Positions 27,293 through 39,184 of a DNA stretch of 64,000 bases are shown in pieces. The translations under genes and the position numbers were made by a program. Each line of letters starts with the position of its first letter. Position 1 is the stretch's first letter. The notes below the pieces were generated by a model. That model did no database searches and was not told the DNA's origin. It was given only the letters and a program-made list of their open reading frames with translations. The stretch covers positions 27,838,001-27,902,000 of the forward strand of contig NW_025963857.1 of assembly GCF_023055435.1 (NCBI RefSeq). Reading direction: 5' to 3'. Source of the stretch: Haliotis rufescens. Taxonomy: Eukaryota.

Positions 27293-28498
27293 ATTTACAT
27301 TTTATAAGAATTTTATTTTGTCATCGTGCATTGTGATGACTTCACGCTCTTGCTGTTGGAGTTGGTTCTGAACCTGATTTTACTGGCCATTCAGAACGTG
27401 CGTTTATCAAGTAAAGCCGACGCAACTATAGGTAGTTATTCAAAATGAGAGGGGAACGAGATGGCAACTGTATAACATGGTTAAAGTCGGAGAGATTACA
27501 CGAAGAGGCGACTTGATTCTAGTTCCGGAATCACCCGCTTCGGGTGAGTTCTCCATTACAGAGTTCAACCACTTACTCTGGGGAACAAGGGTTGTAGTTG
27601 TAAAATGATCCCAGCACCATGCAGTTATCCAACCATCCGTGCCAAGCCTGTCACCACAATAAGCCATAGGATTACTGTTAACTGATGAGCAAAGGGAGGG
27701 TCCACTCTGTCCTGCTATGTTGTGTCTACCAAGTTGAGAATGAGCTAAACGTTACACATTTTTAAGTGTTGTATTTTGGCTTATGTATAGTACAAGAGAT
27801 ATTATTGTGATGTACTTGATGTACACCACTGTATCCTGAATTGTTAGCAGAATATTCATAATGTTATACTAGTGTGTTAAAAAGTTAATATGTTCATAGG
27901 TTTCTTCATCGAATGCATAGCGCAGAGGACTACTTCAGTTTAGGATTAGTAATATCATTTTCATTATGATATTACTGTCATTATTATTCCTTCAGATTAA
28001 TATAAATATAGGTTTGATGATTATTTCATATCAATCATAGAGACATGTATGGAGATTATGACGATTATTTCTAACATTGTCATTGTTCATACAGTTCTTA
28101 CTTCTGTAGGATGTTACAACATGCACACATTTTAATTTATGTTTGTATTATAAAATCTGTATTATTTTGAAATGATTACGGAGACTTGATAAAGATGCTT
28201 ATAACTAAGCGTTCAATTATTTTTTCCAATGCATCTTATAATACTATATCGTCTGTCAAGCCCAGCAAGCGGTAACAATTGACCACAAGCTATCAATCAC
28301 CGGACAGTGGAATGCCCTACTGCTTAGGTCAAAGATGACCAGCCAGCTCATGTTTTACCCTGTTCCCCACAGTGACAAAAACACGCTAGCTTGGCCATGC
28401 TACATCTATCATTTTACGATGTATTATCTTCGCTTATTCAATCTCAGATTGGTTCCATATTCTCAATTGGTAATCGTTCCTGTTTCACATGCACAGAG

Positions 28499-28747
28499 GA
28501 CCCGTAAAGATCCGGGGTAGAATAGGTCTTCAGCAACCCATGTTTGTCGTAAAGGGCGAGTATGCTTGTCGTAAGAGACGACTGGCGGGATCGGAGGGTC
28601 AGGCTCACTGACTTGATTGATGCATGTCATCGTATCCAAAAATGTCAATCACTGGATTTTCTGGTCCAGCCTCGACTATTTACAGACCGCCGTCATATAG
28701 CTTGAATATTACTGACTGCGGCGTTAAACAACAAACAAACAAAGAAA
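28499..28747 (+). mobile_element. SINE family A (double-hairpin variant)
   Basis: TSD CACATGCACAG(A/C)G at 28486-28498 and 28748-28760. Confidence 0.92.
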
Positions 28748-29093
28748 CACATGCACAGCGACAATTACAATTATGTAAATTGTCAGGTGACCCGGCGACA
28801 CGTTTGCTCCATGACTGTTGGTTAAACACGTTCATGAAATATGCTAAGCACGTGACTCGAGTGGAAAAAGAGCGAGATGCCCGCGATGGCTGATACCAGA
28901 TGAATGTGTGGTTGGGAGATAGGATTCAGTATGAATTATGTTTTTGAATTTGAGTAACTTGCAATCATGTTAACATCTGGACTTAAGACAAAGATACGTA
29001 GTTCATGTCACGAATAAGAAGCGCTGGTATGTGTTCAACCTACAGCGTAACTCAATACATATACTGCACAAAGCGTCTGTTTCATATTTATGA

Positions 29094-29358
29094 GGGGCAT
29101 GAGTGGCCCAGTTGTCTGAGGCGCCGCAATTCGCTGTGCAGAGTTGCGTCCCTTGGGCAGGCCAGAATCATATGATTGTTGGTTCGAATCCTGTTCGCCC
29201 CGTTTATATTTCAAGGTTTATCAGCACCATGCCTTTGCTTGCGTATTACCCAAGTGGTAGACGTCAGAGACCTGCATCACTTCGGCTTTCCTCTCACATC
29301 AAGCTGTGATATAACTGGAATTTTGTTTAAAGCGGCGTTAATCCCAGCTCACGCTCAC
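29094..29358 (+). mobile_element. SINE family D
   Basis: Homology to the other D copies. Confidence 0.9.
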
Positions 29359-29928
29359 TGTTTATTTATAAATTAAATTGCGTGGCAAAGTTTGTGTGTT
29401 TGCGTCAGTGATTGAACTCTCATCAATGTGAAGTGTAACTGGCTGTTGAGAAACAGCTTACATGTATGATAAATATTTTCTCCGACCATATAAACACTTC
29501 GGTAAGTGGATTGTAGAACTATCATTAAACAGCCAGTTCAAAAGGGGGCCATCATATAGTTTATACGTTCATTGTTGGGACCGTTCCGTGGCAATGTTTT
29601 ATTAAAGTTAAATGCCTTGTCTCAGCATGTGTTTGTGACGGGTACCACTGGCAAGACAGGATACGCTAACCTTTTCTCGAACACACGGTATCGTCACTAT
29701 TTAATAGGGATTCTTAAACCATGCTTAAGATGTGGTCGGAAACGTACAATGGAGATTTCTTATGATGACGGATAGTGATTTTGTCGCATTAATGTATTAC
29801 TATAGAAAGATTTTCGTTTCTTTACTCACATATCGACTGTATGGAGAATCAAATGAGCACAAAGTGAGATATCATTGTTGATGTTCATGACTGATAAATA
29901 GTTATAGATTTTCCAAACCTATTACAAA

Positions 29929-30045
29929 GTGAGTGAGTGAGCACCAGACATTGGCGTCACACATTGTACCCATGTCGGGAATCGAACCCGGGTCTTCGGC
30001 GTATCGAGCGAACGCTTTAACCACCAGGCTACCCGACCGCTCACT
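29929..30045 (-). mobile_element. SINE family B, internally deleted
   Basis: TSD CTATTACAAA (29919-29928, 30046-30055). Confidence 0.88.
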
Positions 30046-30844
30046 CTATTACAAAAGATTAGTAGTACAGTTGAGAGTTGTTAATGGTTAAACGTGTTTT
30101 TTTTAAACATGCTTGACTTCATACATGACATGGCACATGTAGTATCTCAATGTGTTCTCCTCCCGAACACTGGAAACACGAAGCTGGAGTATCACATTTG
30201 CAATGAGGTGTTAGAATTATTACAAGCCTTAATAGGATGACCATGTCAATAATTTCATTATTGCTTACATCAATGTTAATGAAATACTAATTCCACTGGA
30301 ACAACCTTGCGTTTGAAGGATAAATGAATCAATTAAAAGGAGAGTGAATAATAAGGGCCAATATATATTTAGACCGTGCACATTTTGTGTAGCTCAATAC
30401 ATACTCAAGAGCCACGCACCTGTGTTTTTCAGTTCTTGTCTGAGTCACACACATTCATGTCTATTTTGTAATGAAATATTGGCGGGATAGTCATACTAGC
30501 GCGTTTCTACTTACATGGCTACTGAGTAACCTACCTTTCTATCAACAACGATAGACGCTTGTGAGGATTAGCGTCTTGTATCTTAATATTACTATATGGA
30601 TGTAAGTAACGGTATTAAGTGACTTGGTTTCATGTGTTATTTTTAGATGCTAAAGTGCCTACTTGTATGTTGTGCTGGTGAGAGATACAGAAGGTGATGT
30701 AATTGTGTTTACTTTAGTAATCGAATGTCTTGCCTCAATATTACATTTGTATTCCATTACATACACTCAAAACCATTTTTGAGAACTGTAACCTCTTATG
30801 ACAAGCAATAACTCGGGTCCACACACCATTGTGAAGCCAGAAGT

Positions 30845-31293
30845 GCGACTAAACAAGACTCAAAACAGTGGTATGGTGCGACTAAATAAAGATCAAAGCA
30901 GTGGTACGGCACGACTAAACAAAGACCAAAGCAATGGTACGGTACGACTAAACAAAGATCAAAGTTGTAGTATGGTGCAACTAAACAAGCATCAAAGCAG
31001 TAGTTTGACGTGACTAAACATAAATCAAAGAACTGTCCTGGCGTGACTAAACAAGGATCAACGCAATGGTATTGCGCGACTAAACAAGGATCAAAACAGG
31101 GTTATAGCGCTACTAAACAAGGATCAAAGCAATGGTATGGCGAGTCTAAACATAATTCACAGCACTGGCATGATGCGACTACACAAGGATCAAAGCAATG
31201 GTATGGCGCGACGAAACAAATCAAAGCAGGGATATGGTGCGACTACACAGGGAACAATGCAGTGGCACGGTGTCGTTTGAACAGGGATCAAAG
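30845..31293. repeat. 33-bp minisatellite, about 14 diverged units (GCGACTAAACAAGGATCAAAGCAGTGGTATGGT)
   Basis: Period of 33 visible by aligning GACTAAACAA; explains ORFs 30798..31013 and 31010..31348. Confidence 0.9.
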
Positions 31294-31319
31294 CCTGAAA
31301 TTTCCTGAAATGGAAATGA

Positions 31320-31570
31320 ATGACGTCAAGTCATGCGGAGATAACTGATGTGCTTTTCCATGGTAAGAAATAAAGCAAAATATCTGACACAATATGAGAT
31401 TGGAAGGGGTGTTTGGTTAACTGTAAGGCTGTTCAAGGAACATTTCTGTAACCTCACTGGTAGAGCGATATCAGTTACCTCAGTTTTTGTGTCATTCAGC
31501 TTCAACGTATTATCATTCATTCATGACTTTAAAATGCAGATCAAGATGGTAACAAGCCTAAATATAAAAA
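31320..31570 (-). mobile_element. L2/CR1-type RT fragment
   Basis: MNDNTLKLNDTKTEV matches the (W)MxxNxLKLNxxKTE RT motif. Confidence 0.6.
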
Positions 31571-31580
31571 AATATAAAAA

Positions 31581-31727
31581 NNNNNNNNNNNNNNNNNNNN
31601 NNNNNNNNNNNNNNNNNNNNNNNNNNNNNNNNNNNNNNNNNNNNNNNNNNNNNNNNNNNNNNNNNNNNNNNNNNNNNNNNNNNNNNNNNNNNNNNNNNNN
31701 NNNNNNNNNNNNNNNNNNNNNNNNNNN
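31581..31727. other. Assembly gap
   Basis: N run. Confidence 1.
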
Positions 31728-31985
31728 GACACCTTAACGCAATAATGAGTTCAAATGTACGATGAATCTGGACAGATGTTTCAAAGTGGATATATTTTTA
31801 GGTGATAACGTTTTACGCAATTTACACATATTTGGCCAGATATAACAATTCTGTGGGATGTAAAGAAGTCGTTGTTGGAGAAGTGCTTCACACCTAAAAA
31901 GATAGTGAAATTCGTCTCCAACAGCAGATGAATTGCATAGTGTGCAGACACGGTCTTCTCTCAGTAACACTCTCCATCGGCCTGT
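31728..31985 (-). mobile_element. CR1/L2-group LINE ORF2 C-terminus (zinc knuckle)
   Basis: GRW...REDRVCTLCNSSAVGDEFHYLFRC. Confidence 0.85.
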
Positions 31986-32600
31986 CCTCATTTCGCCTAC
32001 ACCTCATTTCGCCTACACCCTTATCAAAACAAATTTACAGTTGACTGCACATAAGTCAAGTGCTGTGTTACCTCTAAAATAATGAACTGACCCAAAAGAA
32101 GGTTAAACAGACAAGACAATCTTGAAGTTGACTGCTTCTCTGGTTTCTGGAACTTGTGGAATAGTTTTGGCTCTGTTTCTGTACAGGGAAGCTTGAATAC
32201 TTGCAAAAGAGGGAGCAGTCGCAGCTACTTCTTCATCAAGTTGATCCAGTTCTGCGTTGTATATCTGCTGTACAGGAGAAATGTCGGTCTGGACACGCTG
32301 CTTGAGTCGACCAATGAGTTTGATGTGTTCTTCATTCTCTACAAGGGGGTGGCTGTGAGGAGTTGTAGACACGACGTGTTCTGCAATAGTGCTGCATCTA
32401 CCATTGCAACCTGTGTATACACACTTCCAGTGAACAGCAACTTGACGCTTGACATTCAGTCTGTATCTATAGCCTGCATAAAGTTCTTGCTGACCACGTC
32501 TTTGTGCTGTTACAAACTCCGCTCTCTGAAGATTTGCCATTTTGATGCTGACTAGTATGCTGATAGGTCAGGTACATATATACCAATGCAATAATAACAA
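31986..32600 (-). mobile_element. MULE-type transposon fragment encoding an N-terminal FLYWCH zinc finger (ORF 32103-32540)
   Basis: GYRYR...HWKC...CNGR...HSH FLYWCH pattern, then QQIYNAE...PSFASIQASLYRNRAKTIP; tandem CCTCATTTCGCCTACA x2 at 31986-32017. Confidence 0.8.
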
Positions 32601-34170
32601 CAATAACAGTTCAACAATTGAGCAGACATCTAATTTCCTTTAATTAAACCAATACTAAGAACTAACCAATTTGTAACAATTACAAACAATGTGAGAAGCG
32701 ATGGTAGGCTTCTTTACACCTTAATTATTAAATAAGATTTATTTACTAAACAAGATTTATTTGCACATTCAAAACAACTAAGGATTAACAGAATGACCAA
32801 GTCAAACAAGAGTTGTGAGCAGTTGTCATAGGTTTCAATGGGCAAATGATGATTAGATGTGCGAAATTGTAAAATTGGCAATTGCAAGTAGATAGTTTTG
32901 GGAAGTAATAGAAATTTTTCGAATGTTGGTAATTCTTTTAAATGTTGGTAGTATAAACCTTTTGAACTTGATAAGATACATTCTCGCCCCTGTTGAATAA
33001 ATTGGTCTTTAAGAGTTAAGAGACGATGGATAAAAACACCGTGGTCAATATGTGGAGCGCCGCAGAAAGATAAAGAAGTACCAGAATGGCAAAGTTATTT
33101 TCATGAACATCGCACATGAGATTGGTCAACACAGAGTTCAAGGCTGTCTTGGCAATATGAGCTGACTAATATCCTGAATGGTATTTATCCATCAGACCAA
33201 ACAGTGTAAAATAAGAAATAATCTGGGATTTGACTATCTTCTCCAGGATCTTTGACAGGAATGAGTTTTGGAGACACGTCCCTATCTCTGCAACTGCTGA
33301 TTATGAAGTGACGGCATCTTCAATAGAGGCTGAACAGAACAGTACAGAACTTAATACACTCAGGTCGAGGACCTCGGCTTATGAGGTACAAACATAGATA
33401 ACAAAGGATTACCCGGGAGCTTTAACAGCTTTAATGATGATATCAGTAGGTTTACAGTTTCGACTGGCCAGAGAACTTAAGGACATATGGTTGATTTCCA
33501 TATTTACATGGGGTATACAACTTTCGAGGATCGTTTAAGTATGTACATTAAAAATCACTGACGTACTTGCATATGCTATTCATATTACCATTCTGGAAAA
33601 TAAGTTATTTTGCTTCAACAAAAACAGCTACCTTTTCAACCACAAAAATACATTCACCAGTCAAGCATTAAGAAAACTCCATTATGGCTTTCCTTTTTTT
33701 ACATAAAAATGTTGAAAAATGTATGTAAATAGAACAAAATTATCGCAATGAAAAGTAGTTGTATTAATAGATTCGACAAAAAATGGAAGGAATTATCAGC
33801 CTACTTATTATAATTTCTCAGTCAATCTATATACTAGTATGTACATACCCATATCTGATCATGTTTTAAGATTCCATGAATTGACAAAGTCACATTTACG
33901 TCTACTGAATTAAATTACAAATATTTAAATAACTCACAGATATCTTTCGTATCACATAAGTTACAAAGACTACCATCTATTGAAGCGTTATACATACATT
34001 TTCGTGTTTCAATTTTCACGCGATGACATGGTGTTCTAACGTGAAGTAATTTGAGGTCTATCATACTTAATAAATATGATTCAAGTTTATTGTCAATTTT
34101 GAAGGGTCGATGTGTTGAACATTTAGATGAATTATGATAGCCGATTTAAACATGTTGGTATAATGCCAGA

Positions 34171-34336
34171 GGGGCGGTCGGGTAGCCTAGTGGTTAAAGT
34201 GTTTGCTCGTCACGCCGAAGACCCGGGTTCGATTCCCGACATGGGTACAATGTGTGAAGGCCATTTCTGGTGTTCCCCGCCGTGATAGTGCTGGAATATT
34301 GCTAAAATCGGCGTAAAACCATACTCACTCACTCAC
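34171..34336 (+). mobile_element. SINE family B, full length
   Basis: TSD TATAAT(G/C)CCAGA at 34159-34170 and 34337-34348. Confidence 0.92.
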
Positions 34337-35169
34337 TATAATCCCAGATGACTAACAGTGGCTTGAGCTGCCGTACAAGTACTACATCAAGACCCAGCTA
34401 CATTACCAGATTCTAACAATACCAGGCTCTGACAAATAAAGAGGTTCACGATTATTACAAAGTTACCTACTTGTGTAATACCTCTTTTCAAGCTTATAAA
34501 TAACAAAAGGTGTAACACAATGTTTGTTGTGGTATGGCTATCTATGGGTTAGGCGTATCTAAATAACGACTTGGACAATATCTTTTCGATTATTACATCG
34601 ACGGAGAAACAATTTCATTTTTCATCTTATATCAGTTAGACATGTCATAACATCTTTCAACAGATATCTCTTGCCGACAAATCAATACTCGGCTCTGACC
34701 ATTATTGAGATGCCCAAGGTTATGTGCAGAAAACAAATCCTTTGATTCAAGTTGAAATTGCTGACAGCATATTTTCAGGAGTTACAATGAGAAGAAGACC
34801 AAGAAGACAAGATACGTTTATGACACAAATTACAACATCTGTTTTGTTTGTAACAACTTTCAGGACTGCTCCTTGTCCATATACCAGGTGAAATACTGAG
34901 TAAGCATGCCGATCGTAACTATATGTAAAAAGGAATCTGTGCACAGGAATGTTACGTTTTTTTTGTTCATGTAATATGTATGGCCTTGAATACAATAGAG
35001 AACTTGAATCTTAAATCTCTTGTAAAATCTTGGCATTTGACAATAGATGACACGCCAAAGTAAACTGTCTGAGAGATGTATTGAACAGATCATTGAGAAC
35101 CAACAATAGGCAAAATATTCCCGAAAAAAGTTCATGACATCGTTGAGTCTGAATGAGTCTTTAATTGCG

Positions 35170-35560
35170 GGTGGGTGGCACAGCAAGATTGCGAAGGTAT
35201 TGGGTGCGCCTCATCCAAATATCTTCAAGATTGTATCATTTTTCACAGCCGAACAAGCGTACGTCGAGTCGACCATCGGAGAGCTAGAGTCTGGTGGGAA
35301 AATTCGTCCAAGAAAGCGAAAGTACAGACAACTTGATGACAGACTGCAGATAGAGAAGCACCACCTGCAGAATGGCACCAAAGACCATTCAACAGTTTGC
35401 TGATTCTGTGCATATCATGAAATTAAGGACATAACATGTATATGTATCATGAATTTGTACACATAATTGTACTTGTAGAATGATTTTGTACACATAATTG
35501 TGCTTGCGTTGTTGTACAATATGTTTTTATTTTGCCAATAATAAATCATTATTTACATTC
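35170..35560 (+). mobile_element. MULE transposase C-terminal fragment with 3' UTR
   Basis: GWHSKIAKVLGAPHPNIFKIVSFFTAEQ matches the MULE EGWHx...HPNI(W/F)...EQ motif; AATAAA near 35540. Confidence 0.7.
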
Positions 35561-35699
35561 TTGTGTATGCTTATTTCAATATACTAGTATATTCATGGGT
35601 TTATACATGCACTGTGGCATAGTGGGCACTGCAATCCTGATTGTGATACGGCCTCATCCATTAATCCTTTGTTGTTATAAGATCCAAAATCAAAAGTGG

Positions 35700-36910
35700 G
35701 CACAGTGGGGGTAAACCCTTTAAGATCTAAGCTATCAATTGGCTCACAAACTTCCTTTCTTGCTTGTAATGATTCTTTCTCCTGTTAATTCTACTGATAG
35801 TTCCTTTATTTGTTTAATTAATTCTGGTTTGTCCGAATTTGGTCCATATAAGTTAATTATGGTATATATTTTGTCATCAATACTAACATCTAATGCCACA
35901 AAGTTACCTTCATCTTTATCTAAAATGAATGCATAAGCTTGAATTCAAAATTGTTAATAAATAAAATAGCTATACCCCTTGCATTGCTTTAAAAAGGACA
36001 AATATAACATTCTTCATAACCCCATTGTTGTTTAATTATTTGTTCTTGATCTGCTGTGAAATGTACATCTTGCAGACAGAAAATCGGGGCTTTTTTATTT
36101 TTCAAAAACTAAATACTTGTTTCCTTTTACAAGTATTATTTAAGCCTCTAAAATTGAGTGCTAATATTTTGACATCTTAAAGTCTTATTGAATGCGTCTT
36201 ATTACTTACATGCAGTTAGAGTCAATAAAGCCCATTTGTCCCTCGAGCATCGACATGGTGTGAAAACATGGTGTGAATGTATCCTTCACCCTGGAAATGA
36301 AAACATCCGGTTGAGAGTTCACGATGTTGATCAATGTGGATCAATGTTGTTCAACAAATCCACGTGCTTATTGGCAAGCTATCTCACTGTCTCCTTTTTT
36401 GTCAAATCATACCGAGATCCGATGTAGATTCAATGTTTGATCCATATGTTTACAAAACAAGTAATTAAACGAAACTCATCCAAGATGAAAACAGATATAT
36501 ATATATAAATGTACACACAAGGGTGCAGGATCCAATCTATCTTGTAATATGTCACAGATCGATATTTCCATCAAGCCCAATGGCTTTCAACGGAGAGTTA
36601 GTGTTCTTCCTGTACTCCAGGATCACATCGATGCCCTTCTCGAAGATTCTGGTCTGCACTTTATGTTCTGTGCGGAGAGTGTATGCCTTTGTCGCCAACA
36701 TGCCTCTGTATTTTTTTTAAAGCAACAGGTAAATCTGTACGGACAGATATTTTTCTATCTCTCAACATTGCCGAGTTTGAGAAGCTAGCTTGCCAAACAT
36801 CTTGTCTATCGGCCATGTGTACAAATTTTACAACTACAGGCTTAGGAGAGTTTTTACGTTCATTTGTGGTGTGACGTGGCAGCCGGTGAATGTTTATAAC
36901 ATCCAAGGCG
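35700..36910 (-). mobile_element. L1/Tx1-clade LINE remnant (ORF1 end and APE endonuclease start)
   Basis: ORF1: HRLP...PKPVVVKF...ISVRTDLP; APE: NFRGL, IFCLQDVH, SNARGIAILF, INLYGPN. Confidence 0.85.
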
Positions 36911-37307
36911 GAAGTAACACGTAGGGTAACACGTCAGGCGGAAGTAACACAACTGATCATTTAGTTTGTTTCAGGCGTTTCATACAGGTGTCATGTCTCA
37001 AAGGTCAGCTAAGAAAGCTCACGTGACAACTATTTTAATCATATCCACGGTTCTTAAGAAAAATCCATTGTGTTAGATAACATTTAGCAATCAATCAACG
37101 TATTATCGGTTAACCCTTTGAACAAAGTAAGTTGTTTTTATATCGGCACTTCACGCCATGATATGTGTGTATTCCCTTTGTTTTAGTAATCCTAGACATG
37201 TAAACACTTACTTTTGACATATCCACTGTGCAAGATAACAGTGATTAATCAAGCTACGTATTTTCGGTTAATCCTTTGATGGCTAGGAATGATCTTACAA
37301 AAAAAGC

Positions 37308-38300
37308 GCACAGCAGAATCAAGAACAAAGAAAGGGCAGCTGGTTCGGTGTTATTAGAGGAGCGTTCTAATGACAACCCAAGAGTCTTGCAAGAGATTGA
37401 TAGTCTAGTTTTTGAGTTGGTGCCCAATCCAATCCAAACCCACTCACACACACGCACGCACGCACGCACGCACTATTACATTGTCTGTCTCTAAGTGTGT
37501 GATTGAGATAATGTGTCCATCAGCTATCGATTGATACATGTTTATTGAGAGAATATATAATAATACTATTATACGTCCGGGTACCAATTAAGTGCTGGGT
37601 GATCAGAGGCATATTTGGAACACCACATGTAACATACTTTTCTCAACAACAACCTTTTACAACGCATGCATCAGGACATCCAGACCATACGTAAATGTGA
37701 AATATTCCGGGTCACTCATTCCTTTGTCGAATATAATATGAAGGGGACAGATATGTGTGCCAGTAAAAGATATCAGGTTTCGATGACAGATTTCCAAATT
37801 GGCAATGACCATCTCAATAATCACTATACATCATGTTTTCAAAGCCGTTGTGTTTCAAATTCGAGTTGACACAAGGCTCGAATGTGCACGACATGAACCC
37901 AAGATGAACTGTATTCCTTCGGTTTAATTAACAGTGTAGCTTCCCACAACACGGTGTTTCCTTTCCGGACCTGATTATGGATCATCACCTGAGACCAACT
38001 TGTACCTGACACAATAGCTCCTCAAGGGTAATCAATACTTATAATTAATACAATTGCTTTTTTCAAATTGTTTTCGGAGGTTTTTAGTTGATAAATGTAA
38101 AGTCAATCAGGACGGAATCAATACCGATAACCACTAAGTTTCCTGACTTACATATACTATGTTCACCAAAATGCTCGCAGGAAATAAAGGTTCGTCAGCA
38201 GTCAGGATTTTGTGCGATGAGAATTCCTAATGATACACTTGTCATGCATGCCTGGGGACTTCCAAATGTGTTTTCCCCGCCAGAAACAAAAACTTATCTC
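37308..38300 (+). repeat. ~1-kb duplicated segment, copy 2
   Basis: Near-identical to 21229-22192, with an extra ~55 bp near 37792-37845. Confidence 0.95.
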
Positions 38301-39184
38301 TGGCAGTGCCAAGCCCACGCACTCCGAAATCCGAAAATGCTTTCACTGCAGGGATATTATTTTATTATAAAACTATAACCACCAGGGGTATTTCCAAATG
38401 ACGACATCCGATGAGCTTCCGCCGTTCTGTTTGTTTGTGTAGGCTGAAGAAATTAATGAACATGTGCCACTTGTCGAAGTCTTTATAGATCACGGGTAAC
38501 CAATCAGTGTTCAAAAATGCGTAAAACAAATATTGCCTCCAAGTTTATTTACGCTGTCTTTACAGACGGTAGCCCAGTCTCTTGTCACGCTCAGTTGCGT
38601 TAGCGAGCAAATCGACTCACGGCAATTTATGAGCCCCAGCGGCCAGCGTCAGACTGCCGAAAAGAAGCCAGAGATTAGAGCCCCTCTAACGACGTTATTT
38701 GGACGGAAAACCGGTGGTTAGACAGCGTCCCAAAAGACCATATACGGAAAATGTTCGTATTTGCAGTGTCAGGACGGTGTTTGGGTGGATTCTCCGATTC
38801 CCTGGGATGATTTGGGCAATAGTCACAGTAGTCTCGCGCCTGACATGGTCATGTGCAGGCGTGGACGTACTGAACGGGGGCGGGTTTGGACGTCGTGGTT
38901 GTTTTGTTGTCTTTAGTGGACGATGAAACGTACAAAGGAAGGCCCACTTAAATGGGAAAGCAGATGGTTGCCCAGATGAACTGCCTGAGCTGGTACATGT
39001 TTAACCTGCAAAAGTAGTTTTCCTGTGAGAGATATTTGTACATTCATCCAACATATGTAAATATATCCCTTCTGTGTATTATATCTAAGATAGTGCTAAA
39101 CATAAACATACTTAATGCACAAATGAAATATATGAAGCCAATACAAGTGGTGTCTGTGAAATAAGATAATGCAGTTATCCATTC

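Noticed and set aside
28499-28630. Canonical HDV-like ribozyme in the SINE-A head
   Set aside because: A nested P1/P2/P3/P4 can be drawn, but the L3-equivalent loop (TAAGAGG) lacks the pyrimidines needed for P1.1 and no catalytic C lies in the J4/2 position
32950-35170. Death/TIR-domain pseudogene
   Set aside because: Only a vague resemblance in broken frames; not supportable without a search
21229-38300. LTR retrotransposon bounded by 1-kb LTRs
   Set aside because: No TG...CA ends, PBS, PPT, TSD or gag/pol between the copies
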